Assembly: GCA_964534625.1 (NCBI GenBank)
Contig: CAZHRF010000007.1
Location: 32,120-96,119, forward strand
DNA length: 64,000 nt
Direction: 5' to 3'
DNA from: an uncultured archaeon
GTDB taxonomy: Archaea > Asgardarchaeota > Heimdallarchaeia > Heimdallarchaeales > Heimdallarchaeaceae
In this document: piece by piece, positions 30,369 through 39,222 of the stretch
Position numbering within the stretch: position 1 is the stretch's first letter
Layout of the letters: each line of letters begins with the position of its first letter
Position numbers and translations under genes: made by a program
The notes under the pieces: model-generated
Told to the model about the DNA's origin: nothing
Databases searched by the model: none
What the model saw: only the letters and a program-made list of their open reading frames with translations

Positions 30369-31214
30369 ATGAACTCAATGGAAGCTGCAATAGTTATTGA
30401 TACAAGTAGAGAAATCCCCCCTAAACTTTATGATGTCTATGACATCTATCCTGTTGGATATATTGTTGAAGATTCAAAAGGTAAAATCTATAAAGAAAGA
30501 TTAAACATCCGTTCTCTACAAACGGAAAAGCTTCTTTCAATTTTAGATAAGGATAAGAAATCTCAACTGTATTCTCCTCCTATAAAAGATTTTGTTGAAT
30601 TATACACTTATTTGACCGAAGATTATGATATGATTATTAGTATACATTCATCTAGTATAACACCCGCCGTTTTTGAAAATGCCATCATAGCTAAAAAGTT
30701 AGTTTCGGGAGCGCAAATAGATATCGTAGATACACCCAGTTTTGGCTCATCTTCAGCAATAGCTACTGAGATGCTGGCTAATAAAGTAATACAAGCTGAT
30801 AGTATAAATGATGTAAGGAAAGAGGGGTTTAGTATTAACAAGCAGTTACAATCACTTGTTATCTCCAAGAATGATGATTTAACTAAAGTCGGTATAAGAA
30901 AATCTTCATGGTGGTCAGGATTTACTATGTCTCTTCGACCATTTTTACTTTATAGACTTTTACATGGACAATGGAATGAAATAAAGAAAGCTAGAAGTGT
31001 TGATTCACTTGTTAATGAATTAAAAGAGACCATTCATCTTATTACTCAAGCCAAAGAGATAAAAAACATTTATGCTGGCGCATTTGGAGAGATTAGCAAA
31101 TTTTCTAAAATTATTGAAGACAATGTAGGGGATTGTGATGTTAAAAACACTCAAAAATCGCTAGTAACCCATCTTCTTTTAGGTAAAACGTATTTGACAA
31201 TAGGATTCCTTTGA
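30369..31214 (+). CDS. Divergent DegV family protein
   Basis: IVIDTS, YDMIISIHSSS and IDIVDT DegV-like blocks; canonical TSQP, GGR and HTGP motifs altered. Confidence 0.7.
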   Translation: MNSMEAAIVIDTSREIPPKLYDVYDIYPVGYIVEDSKGKIYKERLNIRSLQTEKLLSILDKDKKSQLYSPPIKDFVELYTYLTEDYDMIISIHSSSITPAVFENAIIAKKLVSGAQIDIVDTPSFGSSSAIATEMLANKVIQADSINDVRKEGFSINKQLQSLVISKNDDLTKVGIRKSSWWSGFTMSLRPFLLYRLLHGQWNEIKKARSVDSLVNELKETIHLITQAKEIKNIYAGAFGEISKFSKIIEDNVGDCDVKNTQKSLVTHLLLGKTYLTIGFL

Positions 31215-31244
31215 TAGTCTTTGATTCAGAAGTACTTTAGTCTA

Positions 31245-32033
31245 TTATTTAATCCCATACAATTTTTTAACATTTTCTGTAGTTTTATGTGCCAATTCTG
31301 TATAATCTATATTGATGAGTTGAGATGCCTTCTTACATAGAATAGGTATACTAGAAGGATCATTTTTCTTTCCTTTTTCGAGGGAGTGATACGGACTATC
31401 AGTCTCAAAAAGTAGGAAGTCTGGAGGAATCAGCTCAAGATTTTTCTGATAATTTTTTCTGTAGACTGCGCTAGTTGGAACAGAGATGTACCATCCTTCA
31501 TTTATAATTTCTTTGATCTGTTGTTCACTACCATCAAAACAGTGCATGTGAACTCTTTTTGCCTCTTCCTCTTTAAGAATGGCTATAACCTCCCGTTCAG
31601 CCGCCCTAGAGTGTATAACCAATGGCTTATTTTCTTTTTTTGCAAACGTGATAAGTTTTCTAAAATATTGCTTTTGTTGTCCTCTTTTTTCTTCTTCTTT
31701 TACCCAGTGAAAATCTAATCCTACCTCACCTATTGCAATAATATCTCTTGAATTTCGTTTAAAGAAAGATAAAAATGTATCATAACTTTCCTTTGAAACA
31801 ATAGTTGGTTGTAACCCCACAGATAAATAATAACTGGGATATTCTAGACTCTTTAGTCCGTATTCGAATGTGTCAGGTTCGACAACATTGTTGATAATTA
31901 TTGTAACCCCTTTTTGAATTGACTTATTTGCTATCTCTTTGAATTCTGAAATTTCAAAATAAGGAGGGTGGATATGACAATGTGAATCAGCTAGTATTAA
32001 CTGTATATCATATCCATTCTCTTTTTCTAGCAT
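31245..32033 (-). CDS. tatD: TatD family DNase
   Basis: DSHCH, IGEVGLD, IHSR, HCF and ETDSPY. Confidence 0.95.
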   Translation of the reverse strand: MLEKENGYDIQLILADSHCHIHPPYFEISEFKEIANKSIQKGVTIIINNVVEPDTFEYGLKSLEYPSYYLSVGLQPTIVSKESYDTFLSFFKRNSRDIIAIGEVGLDFHWVKEEEKRGQQKQYFRKLITFAKKENKPLVIHSRAAEREVIAILKEEEAKRVHMHCFDGSEQQIKEIINEGWYISVPTSAVYRKNYQKNLELIPPDFLLFETDSPYHSLEKGKKNDPSSIPILCKKASQLINIDYTELAHKTTENVKKLYGIK

Positions 32034-32037
32034 TAAA

Positions 32038-33027
32038 TCACTTCTTTTCTTTGAATAATATATCTGATAAGTCTTTTATAACATCGATTCCTCGTATTTC
32101 TCTATCAAATTCTTCTACTTTTGTGATTTCCTTATCATAAAAAACCGTTTTAAGATACTCAATATTTTTCATATGCTCTTCGTGCCTTTTGCTGCAATAA
32201 GAACAATTTTCATTATTGGGATTGATTTGATTTATAATTATATGTGTATTAGGGATTTTATGCTCTTGTAATTCTTCATTCAATCTTTCTGATTCAAAAA
32301 TCCCCATTAAAGTAGGAATGGTTACAATAATAAATTGGGTCAAATTAGGATCCATAAGCTGATCACGAGCGATTACGATTTTTTCTTTCATCGCTTCTAA
32401 CATCTCCACCGTACGATCTTTCTCTCCTTGACTTCCAAACATGCTCTTTAGCATAGTCATTGTATTTGAAATAAAAGTTTTCATTTTCAGCATTCTTCCT
32501 AAAAATGAATCGAGAAATTCTGGCATATTCAATAACCGTAATGTATGTCCAGTAGGTGCAGTATCCAAAATAACCGTATCATAATCATCGCTCTCTGCAT
32601 ATTCCAGTATTTTAGCAAATGACAACGCCTCGTCCATACCAGGTGGGGGAATCTGTTTCATATCCTCACCGAAACCTTCCATACCATCTAATCCTGACAT
32701 AGAAAACATCTGAGAAAATTGTGTCGTATCTACTGGTTGTTTAAGAAGTTTAGATAATTCATCACCAGCTTTATCTGGTTTAATCTCTAAGGCATATAAA
32801 TCTCCTTCTGCTTGTTTAACACGTACAATTTCTCCAGTTGAGAAATCTAAGTCGAACGAATCACTAAGACTGTGAGCAGGATCTGTTGATATAATCAAGA
32901 CTTTTCTTCCAGCCTTTGCTAAACGAGTGCCAATAGCTGAAGCAACACTAGTTTTACCAACTCCACCTTTACCACCAACTAATATAAACTTCTGGTGAAG
33001 ATGGAGAAATTCTTCTAGAGTCATCAT
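32038..33027 (-). CDS. get3: Get3/TRC40/ArsA family ATPase (Get3-type)
   Basis: GGKGGVGKT, STDPAHSL and DTAPTGHT; Met-rich helical insert; C-terminal CSYC. Confidence 0.9.
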   Translation of the reverse strand: MMTLEEFLHLHQKFILVGGKGGVGKTSVASAIGTRLAKAGRKVLIISTDPAHSLSDSFDLDFSTGEIVRVKQAEGDLYALEIKPDKAGDELSKLLKQPVDTTQFSQMFSMSGLDGMEGFGEDMKQIPPPGMDEALSFAKILEYAESDDYDTVILDTAPTGHTLRLLNMPEFLDSFLGRMLKMKTFISNTMTMLKSMFGSQGEKDRTVEMLEAMKEKIVIARDQLMDPNLTQFIIVTIPTLMGIFESERLNEELQEHKIPNTHIIINQINPNNENCSYCSKRHEEHMKNIEYLKTVFYDKEITKVEEFDREIRGIDVIKDLSDILFKEKK

Positions 33028-33117
33028 TAGAAGTAATAAAATTGGATATTTAAATTCTTATGATGATTGAGAGAATAATAAAGAAAAAGAAGATAAAAAA
33101 GATCATATTAGCAATAA

Positions 33118-33876
33118 CTATTTTTTACGTTTTTCTATTTTTCTTTTTTTCTTTGCTTCACTTATCTTTCTTGCTGGTTCTTTACTCTTTTTACTCTTTT
33201 TACTTTTACCTTCTTGGATTTTTTCGTAAATATATTGAGTAGTTATAATTATGATGAAGAAACCGCCGATAGCTAAACTATACCAAAGAACATTTAACCA
33301 GAGGTCAGCTTCAATAATTTCAACTTTTTCTGGTAAAATGGATGTCAATTCAAATCTTTGAGAATATGCAGAGTATTCATGACCTTTATTATTTTGATAT
33401 TCAATTGTAGTTGATTCTATGGCAAACTTGCCTTCTTTTACAATTAACAAGTAATAATCGAAATAGATTGTTGCATTAATATCAACTTCAACAAAATTAC
33501 GAGAATAATAGTCAATTGTTTTTGAAACTAAACTAGGAAGGAGCGGTTCTGTTATGGTAAGATTATAGGCTGTCCTATTTCCTATATTCTTTATTACTAT
33601 TGTGACTTTTAGCCATTGATTTGGTTCAGTTTTGTATGTTTTATCATCAATAGTGGCATTAATAGATTTCCTAATGGATAGTATAGGACGACTAGGGAGT
33701 GTATCATTAGTTTCTTGAAGAATTGATTTATCAGAATGATTACTGGTTTCAGATTTCATACAATTTATCCTTTGATCTATTGTATTAGCATTCCCATAGA
33801 CATTAAATATAGAGGATCCTATAAACATAAGACAAATGAAAAGTATTAAGGTAAAAGTAAAGTGTTTTTTTTGCAT
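33118..33876 (-). CDS. Type I membrane protein with Ig-like domain, TRAP-beta (SSR2)/BatD-like
   Basis: Signal peptide; LSIRKS...VTIVIKNIGNRTAYNLTITE...EGKFAIESTTIEY; one TM; Lys-rich tail. Confidence 0.7.
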   Translation of the reverse strand: MQKKHFTFTLILFICLMFIGSSIFNVYGNANTIDQRINCMKSETSNHSDKSILQETNDTLPSRPILSIRKSINATIDDKTYKTEPNQWLKVTIVIKNIGNRTAYNLTITEPLLPSLVSKTIDYYSRNFVEVDINATIYFDYYLLIVKEGKFAIESTTIEYQNNKGHEYSAYSQRFELTSILPEKVEIIEADLWLNVLWYSLAIGGFFIIIITTQYIYEKIQEGKSKKSKKSKEPARKISEAKKKRKIEKRKK

Positions 33877-34021
33877 ATTTTTCCCGTATCCTATTATGTT
33901 CTAAATACTAAAAAATAACTTTTCTTTATATATTTTCCTCTCCTAGATAATGAATGTGGGTAACAGAAAAAGCACCAAAAAAATGAATAACATTTAAATG
34001 TAACTAATTATGCTTTAATGC

Positions 34022-34915
34022 ATGAAAAACGTAAAAATACTCTGTGATACATCTGCAGATCTTAATTTAGAGCAAGATGTGACGTTATATGATAAATACA
34101 ATATAAGTACGTTCCCTATGCAAATCATATTCGATGAGAAAGCATATAAAGAACTTGAAGAATTAACTCCCTCAAAATTTTACAAGTTGCTAGAATCAGG
34201 GGAATTAGGAAGACCAAGAACCTCTCAACCAGCTCAGTATGATATATTAACCAAATTCGAGAAATATGGACAAGAATATGATGATATCCTGTCAATACAT
34301 ATTTCGAGTGAACTAAGTGGGTCTTATTCTAATGGAAAGATGGCAAAGAAACTCTATCAAAGAAAAACTGATCCAAGTTCTAATATAGTTGTGTATGATT
34401 CGAAACTGGCTAGTTCTGCAATGGGTTTACTAGTTATAAAAGCAGCCAAACTTGCAGAAGCAGGCTGGGCTATTGATGATATTGTGAAAGAATTAGATCG
34501 ATGGAAAAATGAAGATTTCCATGTAGTATTTACAGTAAGCAATTTACAATGGCTCTTTGAAGGTGGGAGATTAAGTAAGGCAAAATATTATATCGCGAAT
34601 TTGTTAAACAAAAAACCCATATTGGGCTTTGATGAGGGTAATTTATCCGTTTTCAAGAGTGTCACCAGTATTGAAAAAACCATTAGTACAATGAAAAAAA
34701 TGTTGTTAGAGTACTTTGGTAACTCAAAACAAGACTTAATGTGTCATATTGTCCATGCTGATTACAAAGATCAAGCGGAAAAAGTTATGACTGATATACT
34801 TAAAGAACATGATAATATAAAAGAAGGTAAAATCTTTGTACTAGGTGGAACAATAGGTAGCCATACTGGACCAGAAACATTAGGCATATTGATGACAAGA
34901 AATTTTGAATATTAA
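34022..34915 (+). CDS. DegV family fatty-acid-binding protein
   Basis: DTSADL, RTSQP, ISSELSGSY, GGRLS, KPIL and SHTGP. Confidence 0.93.
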   Translation: MKNVKILCDTSADLNLEQDVTLYDKYNISTFPMQIIFDEKAYKELEELTPSKFYKLLESGELGRPRTSQPAQYDILTKFEKYGQEYDDILSIHISSELSGSYSNGKMAKKLYQRKTDPSSNIVVYDSKLASSAMGLLVIKAAKLAEAGWAIDDIVKELDRWKNEDFHVVFTVSNLQWLFEGGRLSKAKYYIANLLNKKPILGFDEGNLSVFKSVTSIEKTISTMKKMLLEYFGNSKQDLMCHIVHADYKDQAEKVMTDILKEHDNIKEGKIFVLGGTIGSHTGPETLGILMTRNFEY

Positions 34916-35051
34916 TTAGACTTTTGTTACCCAAAAATATTTTTCTTTTTAGATTTTTATAAATGTTAATTGTTTTTCCTTTAAAATTGCAATTATTAAA
35001 TAAAGTTTAAAAATAACTAACTACTCTTTATTATCAACAATTGGTGTTAAT

Positions 35052-35930
35052 ATGAAAATTAAAGTAATGACAGATTCTGCTGCAGATATACCTGAAAGGA
35101 TTAAAGAAAAGTATGATTTGAGTTTTGTTCCGACAGTTATCAGGTTTGATGACGATGTGTATTATGAAGGGGTGAGTTTAACCTTAGATGAATTTTACAA
35201 AATATTAGAAAAAGGAGAAAAGCATCCAAGCACCGCCAATCCAACGCTACATCACGATTATGAACTTTTTGAAGAACTTGGAAAAGAAGCAGATCACGTA
35301 ATTAATGTTGTAATATCCTCACGCATTTCTGGATCGTTGAATACGGCCACTAAAGCCAAACAGCTATACGAAAAAAGGGTGAAGAATCCTGCTACAATTC
35401 ATTTACATGATTCTTGGTGTGCTTCTTATGGTATAGGTATACAAGCTTTGCATGCAGCAAATTTGGTTGAAGAAGGTAAAGGAGTTAAAGAGATTTTAGA
35501 AAGACTTCAAGAACATAGAAAAAGTATCTCGGTAGGTTTTACAGTTGATGATCTAAAGTTCTTAGAGCGAGGCGGAAGGTTATCCAAAGGTAAATATGTT
35601 TTAGCTAATCTTGTAGGAATGAAACCTATACTTGAAATGATTGACGGAAAAATGATGGCTGAAAAAAAAGTTAGACATCATGATGTAGCTGTAAAAGAAA
35701 CATTCGAATCAGCATATGAAAGATTAGGGAAACCAGCCAAGTTTAATGCTTATATCCATCATGGAAGAAATCTTGAATCAGCAAAAATGCTTAAAGAGTA
35801 CATTGAAGCAAACTATGGAGACAAAGAAATAAACATTGGAATAATAGAGATAGGTATGACAATAGTTTCTCACACCGGACCAGGAACTATAGGTGTAGTC
35901 TTAGACTCATACTATGATTATATTCTATAA
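35052..35930 (+). CDS. DegV family fatty-acid-binding protein
   Basis: TDSAAD, STANP, ISSRISGS, GGRLS, KPIL and SHTGPG. Confidence 0.93.
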   Translation: MKIKVMTDSAADIPERIKEKYDLSFVPTVIRFDDDVYYEGVSLTLDEFYKILEKGEKHPSTANPTLHHDYELFEELGKEADHVINVVISSRISGSLNTATKAKQLYEKRVKNPATIHLHDSWCASYGIGIQALHAANLVEEGKGVKEILERLQEHRKSISVGFTVDDLKFLERGGRLSKGKYVLANLVGMKPILEMIDGKMMAEKKVRHHDVAVKETFESAYERLGKPAKFNAYIHHGRNLESAKMLKEYIEANYGDKEINIGIIEIGMTIVSHTGPGTIGVVLDSYYDYIL

Positions 35931-36084
35931 AAATTGATAAAAAAATCGACTCATAATTAATTTATTTGTGTTTCTCTGAACAATTAATCCCCTCTATTTT
36001 ATTTTTTAGCTAAAATTTGGTTAATCTAACAAAAATATGATTAAGAGCCATAAATTATTAATAGTAACTAAACGAAATTAAAAT

Positions 36085-36828
36085 GTGCATGATATGAAGT
36101 ATAAGGCCTTTTTATTTGACTTGGATGGAACCTTAATAGATTTTGATCCAAACGTTTTCATTAAGCAATATCTAGCTGTAGCTAGCAAGTATTTCCTAAA
36201 AGTAGGTTTAATAGACAATAAACAATTTTTCATAAAAACGCTCCTAGATGCAACTTATACCATGGAAATAAATGATACCACAAATATAGTCCTCAACGAT
36301 TTTTTGGATGCGTTTTGTCCCAAACTTAGTTTAGATAGAAAAGAAACGATGCAAATTTTTAATGATTTCTATAAGAGTAAATTTGATGTTGTCAAACCAT
36401 TAATAAAACCAGCTAAAGGTGCATCAAAATTATTATCTTATCTTAAAATTAATAGAAATGAAATTAAAAGGGCAATTGCCACTAATCCTGTTTTCCCTAT
36501 GGTTGCAATCACCCGTAGAATGAAGTGGGGAAATCTTGGTCAAGAGGATTTTGACTTGATCACTACAGGAGAAAAGATGACATATGCAAAACTTAATCCT
36601 AAATACTGGAGTCAAACAGCTGAATTTTTGGAATGTGATCCGTCTGAATGCTTAGTGGTTGGTAATGACGCAATACGTGACATTATTAATGCAAAAAAGG
36701 CTGGGTGTGATACTTTTCTTATTCAAGAAGCTCTAGAAAATGGTCAAAATCTTGATTTCAAAAATGATGTCGATTATGAAGGCTCTTTATTGAGTTTACT
36801 CGATCTAGTTAAAACTGATTTTGAGTAA
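36085..36828 (+). CDS. HAD-superfamily hydrolase
   Basis: FDLDGTL, IATNP, AK and VGND..D motifs. Confidence 0.9.
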   Translation: MHDMKYKAFLFDLDGTLIDFDPNVFIKQYLAVASKYFLKVGLIDNKQFFIKTLLDATYTMEINDTTNIVLNDFLDAFCPKLSLDRKETMQIFNDFYKSKFDVVKPLIKPAKGASKLLSYLKINRNEIKRAIATNPVFPMVAITRRMKWGNLGQEDFDLITTGEKMTYAKLNPKYWSQTAEFLECDPSECLVVGNDAIRDIINAKKAGCDTFLIQEALENGQNLDFKNDVDYEGSLLSLLDLVKTDFE

Positions 36829-36885
36829 TATTATCACCCTATTTAATGCCCTCGAAATTTTTGGTAAAAATTTTTTCATCTATAG

Positions 36886-36967
36886 TGAAGTACCGCTCAT
36901 CCCGCCTGTCGATAATCATCTTCCGCAACGAATCATTCGACCGTTGTGTAATCATTGAGGTACTTCA
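36886..36967 (-). ncRNA. Box C/D guide sRNA (double guide)
   Basis: Minus strand: UGAAGUACC-UCA-[C AUGAUUA]-CACAACGGUCGA-[D' AUGA]-UUC-loop-GAA-G-[C' AUGAUUA]-UCGACAGGCGGG-[D AUGA]-GC-GGUACUUCA. It has a 9-bp terminal stem, two 12-nt guides and two K-turns, and forms a GC-rich island in AT-rich intergenic DNA. Confidence 0.8.
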
Positions 36968-37096
36968 AGAAATAGAAATTCTTTATCTACATAAAATTTG
37001 GGATTGTAGTATTTTAACTATTTACTTATACTTTTCAGAAGAAGTACTGCTCTTGAATAACCACCAGTTATTAATTAGCAATATAGCCAAATTCAT

Positions 37097-38329
37097 TTAG
37101 ATCATCATATCTTTTGTCATTGAAAGATACCCTTCTATCTCACTTTTGGCTCTTCTGACAAATGCTGTCAATTGTTCGATATTTCCTTCTACTGCGAGAT
37201 TTTGTGTTTTATCAAGTTTTTTCATCGCATCATTAAAATTTTCTAATGCTTCTTTGTATTGATCATTATCAAATGCAGCTATTCCTTTAGTTTGTAGGGC
37301 CAAAGCGTCATAGTATGCCCTTTGAGCTGTCATACTTGTAATAAGTGTCTCACTCTCAATTGTGGCGAGCATACCAATAGCAAAATCGACTATTTTTTGG
37401 GCTTCTTGAAAAATTTCACTAGCTTCATCTGGTCTATCTAGCCGACGATATAATTCATTAGCTTGTGATTCAAGTTGGCTGGCTCGAGTTATTTTAGATA
37501 AGGCTAAATATAATCTTTGTTCCATAAAACTTGAACAAATTTCGCTTGCTCGATTATAATACAAAGAAGCAATATTGAATGTTCTTATGGCTTGCTTGAA
37601 CCTACTCTCTTGAATTAAAACTGATCCTTGGCTCCAAAAACGCTCAGCTTTAGCAACAATACGTTCTTTAAGCATATTATCGATCATGTCTCTAAGTTTA
37701 TCTTTTTCTTTATGATATTTATTGAAAATAAAGTCAGCTTTTTGTAAAGATGAACGAGAACGTAACAAATATTTAAGTTTGCGTTCAGAATTTTGTTCAA
37801 TTTGAGATTTATAAAGATAATATAAATAATGTACATGAGCAAATCGTGCTTTGGCAATAGTCCCATCAACAGCGTTTTCATCTTCTTTCAATTTGTTGAA
37901 TTCTTCAAAAAGATTGAAAGATTGTTCTAATTCATTAATCTTAGACTCAAACTTTTCTACAATGTAGCTCCGAGCGACGTGAGACATAGCCTCGGAATAA
38001 TTGGTCCATTTGATCATCTCATGATAAATAGTATCTCCTTCTATGCCTCGAGATGCTCTGGATCTAACGATGAGTTTATTACCTTCATTATACTGTATAT
38101 AAGCTTGATTGTACTTTTTATCAGCTAAAAATTGATCGGCTTCGATTATATGCATCATACCTTCATAAAAATAGGATAAAACACGGGCAGTAACATTATC
38201 ATCACCGCTTTTTCTAAAAGCGTCATAAACAGATTTGAAATCGTAATAGCTTTTGGTTAAATTTGAATATGATGGCTCATAATGAATAAATATGAATGTC
38301 GGAATATTCTGCATAGATTGGGGACTCAA
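37097..38329 (-). CDS. All-alpha TPR-like solenoid protein
   Basis: Repeated A/G-x4-6-Y/F-x2-A-x3-F/Y-x2-A helical pairs; no catalytic motif. Confidence 0.65.
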   Translation of the reverse strand: MSPQSMQNIPTFIFIHYEPSYSNLTKSYYDFKSVYDAFRKSGDDNVTARVLSYFYEGMMHIIEADQFLADKKYNQAYIQYNEGNKLIVRSRASRGIEGDTIYHEMIKWTNYSEAMSHVARSYIVEKFESKINELEQSFNLFEEFNKLKEDENAVDGTIAKARFAHVHYLYYLYKSQIEQNSERKLKYLLRSRSSLQKADFIFNKYHKEKDKLRDMIDNMLKERIVAKAERFWSQGSVLIQESRFKQAIRTFNIASLYYNRASEICSSFMEQRLYLALSKITRASQLESQANELYRRLDRPDEASEIFQEAQKIVDFAIGMLATIESETLITSMTAQRAYYDALALQTKGIAAFDNDQYKEALENFNDAMKKLDKTQNLAVEGNIEQLTAFVRRAKSEIEGYLSMTKDMMI

Positions 38330-38514
38330 ATCACATCAAATAGGAATTAAAATAATAAAATAAAAAACCACCGATATTCTCAGATCAAAAAAAACCATTT
38401 TAAAAAAGAAGAACTCAGAAGAGATTATTGTTATTCAAACATTCTATGCATTCTGGACTTAAATTCATTTGAAAAGAATTATAATATGTATCTTTTATAG
38501 AAACAAGAAGGTAT

Positions 38515-39162
38515 ATGAGTAATTATCTGCTAATATTTGATTTGGATGGTACATTAGTTAATTCAAAAATAGAGTATAATGAACTGAAAGCTGATTTAAG
38601 AGCATTAATACATGAGATGGTTTCAGAGAAAGAGTATGAACTCATAACTGGTGTTTCAAGATCAATTTTGGAACTGGTTGAATTAATAGCTAAAAAAGAT
38701 CTAAATGGTCAAAAAACAAAAAAGGCATGGGAAATAGTTGAGGATTATGAGTTGAGGGGTTATGAAAATGTAGAAATAGATCCAGATGTTATTCCAACTC
38801 TCGAAAAAATCAAATCGAATGGACATATAATTGCCATTCTCACTAATAATTCCAAAAAATTGACTCGAATAGCAATGAAAAAGTATGAATTTGATAAATA
38901 TATTACCGAAGTAATTACCAGAGACGATGTTAAGAGAACAAAACCAGATCCAGAAGGGATAAAGAAATTAATGACTAAATTTGATAAAAACGCAGACAAG
39001 ACTATTTTCATTGGTGATTCTTGGCTTGATGCTCAAGCAGCAGAAAATGCCGGTGTACAATTTATTTATTTTAGGGATAAAGCATTTACAAGGGATAAAA
39101 AGAAAAAACCAACAGACATAAAATTAATAGATACAATAAACGAAATTTTAGAGTTTATTTAA
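38515..39162 (+). CDS. HAD-superfamily hydrolase (phosphoglycolate phosphatase-like)
   Basis: FDLDGTL, LTNN, KPDPEG and IGDSWLD. Confidence 0.92.
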   Translation: MSNYLLIFDLDGTLVNSKIEYNELKADLRALIHEMVSEKEYELITGVSRSILELVELIAKKDLNGQKTKKAWEIVEDYELRGYENVEIDPDVIPTLEKIKSNGHIIAILTNNSKKLTRIAMKKYEFDKYITEVITRDDVKRTKPDPEGIKKLMTKFDKNADKTIFIGDSWLDAQAAENAGVQFIYFRDKAFTRDKKKKPTDIKLIDTINEILEFI

Positions 39163-39222
39163 AAATAACATGATTTAAATACTGTTGATAGGAAGTACAT
39201 AACAACATCTATAAAAAAGTGA

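Noticed and set aside
36846-37100. 84-aa plus-strand ORF in the track
   Set aside because: No recognisable motifs; it is antisense to the much better supported C/D sRNA, whose GC richness helps explain the open frame
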